Shown here: positions 15,777 through 25,768 of the stretch, in pieces | Numbering within the stretch: position 1 is the first letter of the stretch | Layout: each line of letters starts with the position of its first letter | DNA from: a virus | Lineage: Duplodnaviria > Caudoviricetes | DNA: 54,618 nucleotides | IMG/VR virus record: IMGVR_UViG_3300027790_000003 | Coordinates: 1 to 54,618 of that record | Direction: 5' to 3' (one strand) | Translations under genes and position numbers: made by a program | The notes under the pieces: generated by a model | Told to the model about the DNA's origin: nothing | Database searches by the model: none | What the model saw: only the letters and a program-made list of their open reading frames with translations

Positions 15777-18101
15777 ATGCCTGATAGTGAACAATTGATA
15801 AAGAACGGGAAGCCCCAGAAGCCGAGGATCGAGACTGCGTCGCAGGCTCAGACGTGGTTTGGGCTTTGGGAACAAGCGGCTGAAGGCCGTTTGGCGAAGG
15901 CGGCGGTTATCGAGGGGATGTTTAACGGGAATCCGCCTTATAGACGGGATTTGAGGGCGAAGGATGGGCAGAACTGGAGGGCGAATTTCAACACACTGGA
16001 GGGGGCGAGCCGGAAGGATGCGGCGAAGACTCCGTTCTATGACCTTTTTAACTCGTCGAAGCACTTCTTTGAGGTGACGACGAAGGTGGATAATCCGGAA
16101 GGGTTGGACGCTGTGAAGGCGGGGCGGGTGATGAGCGAGGTCTTCGATGAGGTCTTGAAGGAGTGGAAGGACTTTCGGTCGAACGTGAATACGATGCTGG
16201 AGGACTTCATCAAGTTCAATAAGGGATTTCTTTGGTGGAGGCGGGATGACTCGTGGCGGTTTCAGCGGTTGCCGTGGCATCGGGTTTACTTTCCTGACGG
16301 GACGGGGGTTGATACGGATGAGTGGGATATGTTCGGGATCAGGCATACCTTCTCGGTGGAGCGGATGTGGAATGCGGTGAGGGATCGGGAGAGGGCTGAG
16401 GCTGCGGGATGGAACGTGGATGCGGTGATGAGGGCGATCAATAAGGCTGTGCCGGATTGGGATACAGAGGATCCGTTGGAGATTCAAAGACGGCTTAACG
16501 AGACGGTGGTGAGTCCGACCGCGATGGCGAATACGGTGCAAGCCGTGAGCGTTTACTGGAAGGAGTTGGACGGGAAGTGGTGCCGGATGATGGTGCCCTA
16601 CTTTAATGAGGAGAGGACGAGTCCGAGTGGGAAGCCTACGAGTCGGTTGGAGAGGGCGATGCATGAGTTGCCGAAGGCCGAAGAAGAGGTGCCGGGAGAT
16701 GAGTGGTTGTTCAAGCGGGACGGGATTACGGAGGACGTGTGCGAGTTGATGGCTTGCTTCTTCTTTGAGGTGAATGAGGGGAGTGTGAACGCGCTTGAGG
16801 GGCTTGGGAAGAAGATCGTGAGTATGGTGCAGGTGAATGACCGGATCGCGAATCGGATTGCGGATAACACGATGTTGAGGCAATCGATTATCTTGCAGCA
16901 GCAGACCGGGAGCAGTGTTGTGAAGAGTGGGTTGGTGCATCAGGGGAACGGGGTGACGGTGATTCCGCCGGGGATGCAAGCGGTGACGGGGGCCTTGGTG
17001 GGTGATATTGAAGCTGGGTTGGCAGTGACGCAGGACTTCAATAGGCGGATGGACGTGAACACGGGGGTGTATCGACCTCAGTTCGAGAAACAGAAGGGGA
17101 ACCCCGAGAGTGCAACGGCAGCTAGTATAAGGTTCAATCAAAGCACGGTTTTGTCAAGTAGTGCCGTGGATCGGTTTCTGGATCAGTTGGATTGGTTCGG
17201 GAAGGAGTTGTGGCGGCGGATGAACCTGGAGATGCTGAACCCTAAGAGCGTGGACCCAGGGGTGAAGAGTGCGATTGACTTCCAGAAAAGGTTGAGGGAA
17301 AGGGGTGTGAGTAAAAAGCAGGTTGAGGACTCGCTGAAGCGGAAGACGACGAGGGCTATGAGGGCTATCGGGAATGGGAGTATGACGCAGAGGCAGCAGG
17401 CGATTGGGGCTTTGGCGCCACTGGTGGGGCAGATGGGGCAGAGGGGGCTCGAGAACTACCAGGACGATTACGTGAGTGCTTACGTGGGGACCGAGAAGGT
17501 GAGTCGGTATTTTCCGTTCAACGATCGGGCGAAGGTGCCGACGAATGACGATTGGCAAGCGACGAGTGAGAATAACGATATGCAGCAAGGTGCGCCTCCT
17601 TTGCTGGCGGAGGGGCAGAACAGTGAGGTTCACGCGGCGAGGCATCTGGAGACGGGCTTTGCGGCGGTCGAGGCTGTGGAGCAGGGGGCTGATCCTACGA
17701 GTGCGGTGGCGTTCTTGGAGATCGCGATTCCGCATATTCAAGAGCATATCGGGTTGATCGGGCGCGAGGAGGTGCGGAAGGAGGCTGAGGCCGCGTTGAA
17801 GCAGCTTGAGAGTGGTCAAGGGATGGTCATTGCGAGGGCTGAGGAGTTGCAGGGACAGCGGGAGCAGCAGGAGCAGTTGACGTTCGAGCAAGGGTTGAAG
17901 CAGCAGGAGACTCAGGCGAAGCTTGAGGAGAGGGGCTTGAAGTTGGAGCAGCAGATGCAGCAGAAGAACATGAAGTTCGAGCAGGACGCTGAGATAAGCA
18001 GGGCGAGGACGCTGAACGAGATTCAGACGAAGAATGTGCTGACCGCGAATCAGGTTGCGAATGAAAACCGAAAACGAAGAAGCTCGGAAAAGGCTTCTTA
18101 A
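15777..18101 (+). CDS. Portal protein
   Basis: 774 aa, helical with Q/E-rich C-terminal coiled coil, SATAA motif; first large gene of the head module. Confidence 0.8.
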   Translation: MPDSEQLIKNGKPQKPRIETASQAQTWFGLWEQAAEGRLAKAAVIEGMFNGNPPYRRDLRAKDGQNWRANFNTLEGASRKDAAKTPFYDLFNSSKHFFEVTTKVDNPEGLDAVKAGRVMSEVFDEVLKEWKDFRSNVNTMLEDFIKFNKGFLWWRRDDSWRFQRLPWHRVYFPDGTGVDTDEWDMFGIRHTFSVERMWNAVRDRERAEAAGWNVDAVMRAINKAVPDWDTEDPLEIQRRLNETVVSPTAMANTVQAVSVYWKELDGKWCRMMVPYFNEERTSPSGKPTSRLERAMHELPKAEEEVPGDEWLFKRDGITEDVCELMACFFFEVNEGSVNALEGLGKKIVSMVQVNDRIANRIADNTMLRQSIILQQQTGSSVVKSGLVHQGNGVTVIPPGMQAVTGALVGDIEAGLAVTQDFNRRMDVNTGVYRPQFEKQKGNPESATAASIRFNQSTVLSSSAVDRFLDQLDWFGKELWRRMNLEMLNPKSVDPGVKSAIDFQKRLRERGVSKKQVEDSLKRKTTRAMRAIGNGSMTQRQQAIGALAPLVGQMGQRGLENYQDDYVSAYVGTEKVSRYFPFNDRAKVPTNDDWQATSENNDMQQGAPPLLAEGQNSEVHAARHLETGFAAVEAVEQGADPTSAVAFLEIAIPHIQEHIGLIGREEVRKEAEAALKQLESGQGMVIARAEELQGQREQQEQLTFEQGLKQQETQAKLEERGLKLEQQMQQKNMKFEQDAEISRARTLNEIQTKNVLTANQVANENRKRRSSEKAS

Positions 18102-18207
18102 CGAGATCGAGGAGTTGCTGAGTGGCGAGGAGAGTGAGGCTAACGGTGTTCGGGTTGAGAAACTGATAGAGCGATTGGAGAGACTAGATGAAAGATCCGA
18201 GGGATAA
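18061..18207 (+). CDS. Small coiled-coil protein (48 aa)
   Basis: MKTENEEARKRLLNEIEELL...; fills the gap after portal. Confidence 0.4.
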   Translation: MKTENEEARKRLLNEIEELLSGEESEANGVRVEKLIERLERLDERSEG

Positions 18208-18364
18208 GGAGTTTCGGAGTAAGGCGGACTTGTATGCCTATGACAATCGGAGTAGGGGTGCGGGGAAGGGTGATAGGATTCCTGGGTTTAAACCGGGAGA
18301 GTATTACGGGAGAGAGATTGAGAGAATCTTCAAACATAAGAAGGTGAAGCGGTATGGCGGCTAA
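18188..18364 (+). CDS. Small basic protein (58 aa)
   Basis: GAGKGDRIP...ERIF motif seen in small phage proteins; below the ORF-track cutoff. Confidence 0.55.
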   Translation: MKDPRDKEFRSKADLYAYDNRSRGAGKGDRIPGFKPGEYYGREIERIFKHKKVKRYGG

Positions 18365-18686
18365 GAGGACGAAGAAGATCGATAAGCATTTGGCGTTGGA
18401 TGGGATTGAGTTGGAGGCGTGGCGAAGAGAGCCGACGCTGTTGAAGTGGGCGCAAAATCATCGCTACTTCAAGTTACTTGTGACGGTGATGGTGAAAGAG
18501 AGGAAGCGGGTTATTGGGGATGACCCGACGGTGACGGAGAACCGGAAGCTCGGGAGAGTGGAGGGTTATGAGGAGGCGATTAACGTGCTACTGGAGATGT
18601 CCAGGAGTATGCCGAAGGAGCCGGAAGTGGATGAGACGATGACTTACAACTCGGAGGAGACTTTAGAGGAAAGTTTGATAGACTAA
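18354..18686 (+). CDS. Hypothetical head-region protein
   Basis: GRVEGYEEAINVL; conserved position between portal and scaffold. Confidence 0.7.
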   Translation: MAAKRTKKIDKHLALDGIELEAWRREPTLLKWAQNHRYFKLLVTVMVKERKRVIGDDPTVTENRKLGRVEGYEEAINVLLEMSRSMPKEPEVDETMTYNSEETLEESLID

Positions 18687-18689
18687 ATT

Positions 18690-19871
18690 ATGAGTGACGA
18701 GACAAGTGTTACAAGTGGAGAGGCCATCTCGCGTGTAGAGCGCGTGGGAGGTGAGGTTGAAGCTAAGTTTGACGTGGGGGCTTTCGAGAAAGCGAGGGCT
18801 GAGGACGATGCGGGGAAGGTGAAGCCTCAGAGTGAGGACGTTCAAAGTGAGAAATCTGTTGCTGATGCAACCGCTACCGAAGGGAAGAAGGAAGGGGAGG
18901 AGGATTCAAGGGTAAATGAGTCTTCCTCCCCTTCGAGTGCTCCGATGAACCCTTTCGAGAAGAATCCTACGAAGGCGGCGCAATGGAAGGAGATGAAGAC
19001 GAAGCACGCGAATGAGGTGGCGGCTTTGCAGAAGCAATTGGTTGAGTTGCAAGAGGCTCAGGGGAAGGGGTCAGAAGAGCTTGCGAAGGAGAGGGATGAG
19101 TATCGGAATAGGTTGCGAGAGGTTGCGCTTGAGCGGGATCCGGAGTTCAACCGGAAGTATGAAGTTCAGATGGAGAGCGCGATTGAGGGGGCGAGGCAGG
19201 CGGCGGGAGCCAAGGGAGATGAGCTTGCGAGTTTGTTGAAGGGGCCTGGTGGGCCTTGGCGGGATCAGAAAGTTAACGAGTTGCTCGGGGAGGTTGACGA
19301 TATGTCGAAGGTGAGGCTGATGGGGGCTTTGCAGACCTTGTCGACGATTGAGTTTCAGAAGCAGAGTGAGATACAAGCGAGCTTGTCGAACTGGGATCGG
19401 CAGCAAGAGGAGCTGAGTGTGATGAGTCAGCAACAGCAGGCGGAGACCCAGAGGCAATACGAGGAGATCTTCGAGAAGAAGTTAGGGGAGCTGCAAGGGG
19501 ATGGGAAGCTGGGGAATTGGCTGTTTAAGCAGATTGAGGGGAACGAGGAACACAACAAGTCTGTGGCTCAAAGTGTTGACGAGGCGAAGATCATCATGCG
19601 GGGTCAGATGACGCCGGAGAAAGCTGTGGAGATTGCATTGAATCAAGGCGCGTATCCGAGGTTGGTGAGCGCATTCAACGATGTGGTCGCGGAGCGTGAT
19701 GCGTTGCATGAGAAGCTGAACGAGTTGCAGGAAGCACAGCCGGGGATCGGGTCGCCGGGGATTACGAAGGACGGGGGGACGAACATGAAAGTGGGAGATC
19801 CTCAGTATGCCCAGTATTTGGCGAATGGGATTGCGGCAGCGCAGGCACAGGATCGAGCCGGGAAGATGTAG
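18690..19871 (+). CDS. Capsid scaffolding protein
   Basis: Acidic disordered N-terminus, long coiled coils, head-module position. Confidence 0.7.
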   Translation: MSDETSVTSGEAISRVERVGGEVEAKFDVGAFEKARAEDDAGKVKPQSEDVQSEKSVADATATEGKKEGEEDSRVNESSSPSSAPMNPFEKNPTKAAQWKEMKTKHANEVAALQKQLVELQEAQGKGSEELAKERDEYRNRLREVALERDPEFNRKYEVQMESAIEGARQAAGAKGDELASLLKGPGGPWRDQKVNELLGEVDDMSKVRLMGALQTLSTIEFQKQSEIQASLSNWDRQQEELSVMSQQQQAETQRQYEEIFEKKLGELQGDGKLGNWLFKQIEGNEEHNKSVAQSVDEAKIIMRGQMTPEKAVEIALNQGAYPRLVSAFNDVVAERDALHEKLNELQEAQPGIGSPGITKDGGTNMKVGDPQYAQYLANGIAAAQAQDRAGKM

Positions 19872-21535
19872 TGGAATTGCTTGTTGTCGTGCCGCTCTCA
19901 GCGAGGAATGAGAGCTTGTTCGAAACAAACCTCGACTTGGTGAAGCACCTTGACCCGAAGGGGACGGGGTTCTCGATGTTGATCACGCATGACGGGGAGG
20001 TGAGGATCTCGGAGCTTGCGAAGAAGGCGAGAGAGAGCTTCGTGAGTGTCTTCACGATGAAGAGGAACTCAATAGCGGGGGTGAAGGAATATCCGGTGGG
20101 GGAGAATCGGGTGTGGCAGCAAAGCGCGAGGTATGTTGAGGCGAACTTCGCGAAGAGTTATAAGGGGTGGTTCTGGTGGGAACAGGATGCGTGTCCTTTG
20201 AGAAGTGGGTGGCTGAAGACAATTAAGAAGGTTTGGCAAGAAGGGGGGAAGCCTTTCTGCGGGTATGTCTACAGGGGGCCTACGGTAAGTCCTTTTATGG
20301 ATCGGTGTGGTGTTTGGCCTACGCATGTGACGAGGTTTCTGCAAGGGGGGACTTTGTATGTGACGAATGCGCCGTTCGATAGAATCGCGGGGCTAGAGGC
20401 GTTGCCTAATACGTGTGAGAGTAACTACGTGTTGACAACGCAGAGTGATACGTTTCGGTTAAGTAAGATCGAGCAACGATACCCTGACGCGGTTTTGCTG
20501 CGAGGGTGTCACGGGATGGTTCAGGAGGTGTTGCAAGGGAAGAGGGAAGTGAGTGATGTCGATGAGGCTATTGCGAAGAACTTCTATCCGAGTTATCTGG
20601 AGCAGACGGAGTGGGATTGCGGGATGTTCGCGTTTCCGTTTTTAGAGAACGGGTGTTACTTTAATCCTGGGCTCGCGAGGGTGAGGGGGAAGTTGCAGCT
20701 TTTTACGAGGCAGTTTCAATATGGGGTCGGGAGGATTGAAGGTGAGCAGACGACGGACAAGAAGAGTCGGCTTGTGGTGTGGGAGATCGATGAGAGGACG
20801 ATGAGTGTGAAGAGCACTAATATGATTCCCGTTGAGCCGAAGAGGCATGTGAATGAGCAGTGGGAGGATCCTAGAGCGATTGTGCATGATGGTGAGGTCT
20901 ATGTGGGGTTTGCTACTTGGGTGAGAACGAAGGATTGGAAGATACGGCAGGCATTGACAAAGTTGGATTGGGATTTGGAAAAGTTTGACGTGATCGTTGA
21001 GCCGGAGTTCGGGGGAAATCATCCGAGGCCCGAGGCGGCGAGTGGGCATGAGAAGAATTGGCAGTGGTTTGTGCATGATGGGCTGTGGCACTGTGTGTAT
21101 TCACCTTCGCCTCAAATGGTGTTTCGACTTGACGAGCGGTTGAGGGTTCAGAGGCATTGGAAAGGGAAGCACCGGATGAAGTGGGACTTCGGGGATATCC
21201 GAGGGGGGTCGCCGCCGGTGAGGTTGAACGATGACGAGTATTTGAGTTTCTTCCATTCGGCTTTGCAGTGGAGGGGGCCGAAGAGAAGGTATTACATGGG
21301 GGCTTACACGTTCGAGGCGAAAGCGCCGTTTGAAGTGAAGCGGATGACGAGTGTGCCGCTGTTGGTGGGGAGCGAGAGAGATTTCAGGGCCTGGGAAAGT
21401 CCGTTGGTGATCTTCCCCGAGGGGCATGTTTACGAGGAGGGGGTGCATCTGGTGACGTTCGGGGTGAACGACGAGCAGTGTGGGTGGATCAAGATTCCGA
21501 ATAAGGACTTAATGAAGAGATTGGAACGAGTATGA
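19871..21535 (+). CDS. Two-domain carbohydrate enzyme: GT-A-like N-domain plus five-bladed beta-propeller (GH130/GT91-like)
   Basis: N-domain WFWWEQDACP; C-domain FNPG, WEDPR, EKNWQWF, IRGGSP, FFHS, VIFPEG, FGVND. Confidence 0.7.
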   Translation: MELLVVVPLSARNESLFETNLDLVKHLDPKGTGFSMLITHDGEVRISELAKKARESFVSVFTMKRNSIAGVKEYPVGENRVWQQSARYVEANFAKSYKGWFWWEQDACPLRSGWLKTIKKVWQEGGKPFCGYVYRGPTVSPFMDRCGVWPTHVTRFLQGGTLYVTNAPFDRIAGLEALPNTCESNYVLTTQSDTFRLSKIEQRYPDAVLLRGCHGMVQEVLQGKREVSDVDEAIAKNFYPSYLEQTEWDCGMFAFPFLENGCYFNPGLARVRGKLQLFTRQFQYGVGRIEGEQTTDKKSRLVVWEIDERTMSVKSTNMIPVEPKRHVNEQWEDPRAIVHDGEVYVGFATWVRTKDWKIRQALTKLDWDLEKFDVIVEPEFGGNHPRPEAASGHEKNWQWFVHDGLWHCVYSPSPQMVFRLDERLRVQRHWKGKHRMKWDFGDIRGGSPPVRLNDDEYLSFFHSALQWRGPKRRYYMGAYTFEAKAPFEVKRMTSVPLLVGSERDFRAWESPLVIFPEGHVYEEGVHLVTFGVNDEQCGWIKIPNKDLMKRLERV

Positions 21536-21765
21536 AGTATTTCTGGTTGATTGCGACAACGCCTGTTCGGGTTGAGGAGAGGAACGCGATAGTGATGGCT
21601 CCTTGTGAAGAGGTGGCAGTAGAGGCTGTTAATTTGGGGAGTGATTCGATCTGGGCGGGGTATGTGTCGGTGAGGGAGATACATGAGGAGTTTGTGGACG
21701 GAGGACTTGATCGAGAGATTGTGCCTCATTCGGATAAAGCGAGTAAGATACTAGAGTTGTTTTAA
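21532..21765 (+). CDS. Hypothetical protein
   Basis: 77-aa ORF coupled by ATGA overlap. Confidence 0.55.
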   Translation: MKYFWLIATTPVRVEERNAIVMAPCEEVAVEAVNLGSDSIWAGYVSVREIHEEFVDGGLDREIVPHSDKASKILELF

Positions 21766-21766
21766 T

Positions 21767-22471
21767 ATGAGAGTCGAAGAGGAGTTACCGAAGATGCTTT
21801 GTATCGTGTTGCCGGAAGAGCCGTGGAAGAAGCAACAAGCTGAGAAGCACTTTTTGAAAGAGGGCCTGGATGTGCTGTTTGTGGATGGCATCTACGGGCC
21901 TGTGGTTGGGCTGAGACCTACGAACCCTTTCGAGGATGATGAGCAAGGGCGGGGGAAGTATATCCATGCGAGTCAAGTAGGTTGCTACTTGAGTCACCTG
22001 GTGGCACTGAGGACGGCGTTAGCCTTTGAGTGGGACGAGTTCATTATCTGCGAGGATGATGTGAAGTTTTTGCCGGGGTTCTCGGAGAAGTGGCGGCAGT
22101 TGAGGGGGAGGTTGCCGGAGGACGCGGAAGTGGTGCAACTCGAGTATTACTTCGGGGGCGATGGGTTGGGCGGTGATTACAATCCGGAGAGGACAGGGGA
22201 GTTGCATAAGGTTGCGGAGGGTTTGGCGAGGACGGATAAGTATCCCTATTGCACCGCGTGCATCTGGTGGAAGAGGAGCGCGGCGAAGAAGGCGATTGAA
22301 CTGTTGAAGCCGATCGATAAGCCGTTTGATACGTCGTTGATGATGAAGGTCTATCCCTTCGTGAGTCACTACTTGGCTTGGCCCTACCTGGCTAGTCAGA
22401 AGACGAGGATCAGTGAGTGGGCTTCGACGGTGGGGGATGCCCCGAAGGCGGAAAGCGAGCAACAGAATTGA
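21767..22471 (+). CDS. Glycosyltransferase family 25-like
   Basis: FVDGIYG, GCYLSHL, ICEDDV, CTAC, PFD. Confidence 0.85.
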   Translation: MRVEEELPKMLCIVLPEEPWKKQQAEKHFLKEGLDVLFVDGIYGPVVGLRPTNPFEDDEQGRGKYIHASQVGCYLSHLVALRTALAFEWDEFIICEDDVKFLPGFSEKWRQLRGRLPEDAEVVQLEYYFGGDGLGGDYNPERTGELHKVAEGLARTDKYPYCTACIWWKRSAAKKAIELLKPIDKPFDTSLMMKVYPFVSHYLAWPYLASQKTRISEWASTVGDAPKAESEQQN

Positions 22472-23109
22472 TACCCGAGGAGTGGACATCTCATTTGATC
22501 TCGACGAGGTTCTCGGCGGGGTTGGACAAAACGCATGAGCACCTGGATGAAAGGGAGGTGAGGTTCAAACTTTTCTACGGGCTCGATCACGAGGTGTCAG
22601 GGATCTGCCATACCCTGCATCCGTATGATCTGGATGATCATGCTACGCATCGGCATTTGTTGCCGAAAACGATCAACATTCATCTCTCGCACTACATGCT
22701 GTGGGCGGCGTTGAATGTGTTGTCGGAGACGCCTTACACGGGGCATCTGATCATGGAGCAAGACGTGAGATTTGAGGAGGACTGGGCTGAGAGCTTGGGA
22801 GCCGTGCTGGAGTTTCTGCCGGATGATTGGGATCTCCTTTACCTGGGGTCTTGCAACTGTCGGCATTTTGCGGGACCTGACTCGTTGCTGGGTGGGGGGC
22901 TTTATAGTGTGCCTTCCGCGAGTTGTCTTCACGCGTATGTGGTAAGGGGGAAGGCATTGCCGGTGTTGCTTGAGAGGTGTGAGAGGGTGTGGGCGCCGAT
23001 CGATCTTTCGATGCACCAGGACAGGTCGAGGAGGGGGACGAGAGCTTTGAATAGTTACGCGGTGTTTCCGAGGTTGGCAACGCAGTTGGACACGAGGATA
23101 CCTGAATAA
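22468..23109 (+). CDS. Glycosyltransferase family 25-like (paralogue)
   Basis: LSHYMLW, MEQDVRF, LPDDWDLLYLG, CLHAY, APID; probable TTG start overlapping the previous TGA. Confidence 0.8.
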   Translation: MIPEEWTSHLISTRFSAGLDKTHEHLDEREVRFKLFYGLDHEVSGICHTLHPYDLDDHATHRHLLPKTINIHLSHYMLWAALNVLSETPYTGHLIMEQDVRFEEDWAESLGAVLEFLPDDWDLLYLGSCNCRHFAGPDSLLGGGLYSVPSASCLHAYVVRGKALPVLLERCERVWAPIDLSMHQDRSRRGTRALNSYAVFPRLATQLDTRIPE

Positions 23110-23112
23110 CCT

Positions 23113-24201
23113 ATGCTTCCTTTAACGTTTGCTGTGACGCTTGCTGATTGGTCCGAGAACCAGGATATGCTGCGTATGATGTTGGCCTCCTTGAAGCGGC
23201 AGACAAGGAAGGACTTTAACGTCATCTTGGTGGATCATCATTACCAAGCGAGGAAAGGGGCTGTAAGAGAGTTAAGGGGTGAGTGCGACTTTGAAGTTCT
23301 GCACATGCCACATTTCCCTGCTCCTCATGTGGCGAAGCGTTACATGGATTGCTCGGTGTTCAATGCAGGCTGGGTGATGAGTGAGGCAGAGAGATGTGTG
23401 CGATTCTCGGAATGGCGTTTTCTTAAATCGGATTTCGTGGCGACGTTGCTAGCTGAGAAGGCTGAAGCTTTCGTAGATTTCTACTTTCACGAGATACCGG
23501 AGGGTGCTGACGTTTGGGATAGGGAGAGGGCACGGATTAAATGGGAGAACGTAGGGGATTACCCTGAGAAGTTTGAGCTATTCTTCAGGACACCGAGTAA
23601 CTGCTTTGCCAATAATGCTTTGTCTAGGGAGCTTTGGTTGGATGTGAATGGTTTCAACGAGGTTTCGTTCAACTTCTTTCATTGGGAGGACATCGATTAT
23701 GACGCTAGGTGCGGTCATGCGGGTTACTCGGGTAAACGTATCCCGAATCAGATGTTTCGAATTCACCACCAATACGGGAGTCTACAGAACAGGGCTAAGA
23801 GGGAGATGGAACTACCTTTCAAGAGTCTGTGTGCGAGGTGTGAGGCTACGCATAGTAAGGCCGTGAATGAGATAGGCGCTGTCTCTCATCCGCAATGGGT
23901 GGAGTGTTTCTCGAAACGTGAGGGAGGTATGGGTAAGGTAGAGCAGAACGGGAAAACCTGGATGGTGTGTGAGGATTGCAATTTCATCTTCCCCGCGCTG
24001 CCTGATGACGACATAGTCGCTTATGCGAGTGAGGATAAGCATTACAAGAGATCTCCGATTAACGTATCGGGATCGGGGAGGAATCTGAGGCGTTTGAGCG
24101 ATGACTTGAAAGGTAAGAGGTGGGAGGAGAAGATCGAGATCTTCAATGCTTCGTGGACAAACCCGAGATACTTGGAGGAGGATGTTGAGTATGGACTATG
24201 A
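23113..24201 (+). CDS. GT-A glycosyltransferase (GT2/GT7 C-terminal-like)
   Basis: SLKRQT..DFNVILVD, FNAG, VNGFNE, WEDIDY, IHHQY. Confidence 0.8.
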   Translation: MLPLTFAVTLADWSENQDMLRMMLASLKRQTRKDFNVILVDHHYQARKGAVRELRGECDFEVLHMPHFPAPHVAKRYMDCSVFNAGWVMSEAERCVRFSEWRFLKSDFVATLLAEKAEAFVDFYFHEIPEGADVWDRERARIKWENVGDYPEKFELFFRTPSNCFANNALSRELWLDVNGFNEVSFNFFHWEDIDYDARCGHAGYSGKRIPNQMFRIHHQYGSLQNRAKREMELPFKSLCARCEATHSKAVNEIGAVSHPQWVECFSKREGGMGKVEQNGKTWMVCEDCNFIFPALPDDDIVAYASEDKHYKRSPINVSGSGRNLRRLSDDLKGKRWEEKIEIFNASWTNPRYLEEDVEYGL

Positions 24202-24781
24202 GGCTTGCCACAACGCTTTCAAAGGGAACGAGGAGTTATGTGAGGCAGTTCTGAAGTTCAGTGATATTAGCTACTTTCTTCCGATACTCTACTTCGAGGT
24301 TCTGATGAGAGGCGAGACGACGTCTATTGAGAATGTGGTGGAACTAGGTTCACGGGAGGGGGAATCTTCTGTTGCGCTTTTCTCTGCCATTTGCGAGTTG
24401 AATCGTTGTTACGGTTACAACGGGGTCTTCACTTCGGTGGATATCGACGCTGCCTGCGAAGAGGCTTTGAAGGAGCGGCTTGGGAGAGTAGGGGAGAGGG
24501 GTTGTTGGCGTCATATCGTGGGCGACTCGATCGAAGTTAGATGGACAGAGCCGATTGACTTCCTGCTCATTGATACGTCACACGAGGAGGAGCAGACGAG
24601 GAAGGAACTGGAGAAGTGGAGTCCGTTCATCAAACCTTCGGGGACGATCTGGCTGCATGATACGAAGAGCACTGAGGGCGTTAGGAGAGCCGCGCTCGCT
24701 TGGTTGGAGAAGCAGGGTGCTGGTTGGGAATGGTTCGAGGCTCCTACATATGCAGGTCTGGGATGGTTGAGGAGATTATGA
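24191..24781 (+). CDS. Class I SAM-dependent methyltransferase (Methyltransf_24-like)
   Basis: VVELGSREGES, SVDID, GDS, IDFLLIDTSH, IWLHD. Confidence 0.85.
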   Translation: MDYEACHNAFKGNEELCEAVLKFSDISYFLPILYFEVLMRGETTSIENVVELGSREGESSVALFSAICELNRCYGYNGVFTSVDIDAACEEALKERLGRVGERGCWRHIVGDSIEVRWTEPIDFLLIDTSHEEEQTRKELEKWSPFIKPSGTIWLHDTKSTEGVRRAALAWLEKQGAGWEWFEAPTYAGLGWLRRL

Positions 24782-25764
24782 TCACGATCGCTTACATGAC
24801 GAATCGGAAGGTTTGCCACATTCGCTGGTTCCTCGATTCGCTGAAGAGGGAGCTGGACGGTTCAGATGAGGAGGTCCAACTCGTTGTGGTGGACTTCTAC
24901 AAAGGTTTGCGAGAGCTTGATCTTCGTGATGATCTAGCTGTCACTCACGTTAAACCAAAACCGTGCGTTTGGCAAGGGGAGTATCGACTAACATCAAGGG
25001 ATTATTTTGCGGCAGCTAACGCGAGGAATACGGCTGTGTGTGTGGCGAAGGGGGACTACCTAGTGTGTGTCGATGATCTGAGTGTCTTGGTGCCCGGGTG
25101 GCTCAAAGAGGTGGAGAGGGCTAGGGCTGAGGGCTGGGTAGCTTGCGGGAGTTACGGGAAGGTCAAGGAGTTGAGGGTGAGTGAGGGCAGGATACGAGGT
25201 TTTAAGGGACTGGATGAGGAGGCTTTGAGTAAGGCTTTACCGGGGGATGTGGGGAGGGTTATTCTGGAGGGGATGGAGAAGGGGTTTTCTGGCGGGGTGG
25301 ACTCGAGGTTGAAGAAGATCACTCATTGGGATCCTTTGAGATGTGATGGAGGTTGGGCCTTCGGGTGTAGCTTCGGGGCTCCTTTGAATGCGATCTTGCA
25401 GGTGAATGGTTGGGACGAGGATAACGATTCTATGGGCGGCGAGGATTATGCGATGGGGATTATGTTGGTGGCGCAAGGGTTTAAGCTTCACTACATCCCG
25501 AGGATGATGACACTCGAGAGTGAAGAGGATCATGGGAACGAGGAGCCTTTTCTGCGTATTATCAAAGAACTGAAGGGGAAGCCTGATGCCTCGCATGTCA
25601 TGCTGAATTGGCTGAGGACAGGGCGAAGGAAGAAGAGTTTGAACTACATGGGGTCAGGGGGATTGAGAGGTTTGCGGGATTTGGTGCTTTCGACGGGGAA
25701 GTTTCCGGTGATCAAGATACCGCAACACGATTGGAGAGACGGGCAACCTTTGAGAGAGATGTGA
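24778..25764 (+). CDS. GT-A glycosyltransferase
   Basis: VVVD, ARNTA, CVDDL (DxD), VNGWDE, GGEDY; start MITIAY with ATGA overlap. Confidence 0.85.
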   Translation: MITIAYMTNRKVCHIRWFLDSLKRELDGSDEEVQLVVVDFYKGLRELDLRDDLAVTHVKPKPCVWQGEYRLTSRDYFAAANARNTAVCVAKGDYLVCVDDLSVLVPGWLKEVERARAEGWVACGSYGKVKELRVSEGRIRGFKGLDEEALSKALPGDVGRVILEGMEKGFSGGVDSRLKKITHWDPLRCDGGWAFGCSFGAPLNAILQVNGWDEDNDSMGGEDYAMGIMLVAQGFKLHYIPRMMTLESEEDHGNEEPFLRIIKELKGKPDASHVMLNWLRTGRRKKSLNYMGSGGLRGLRDLVLSTGKFPVIKIPQHDWRDGQPLREM

Positions 25765-25768
25765 GATT

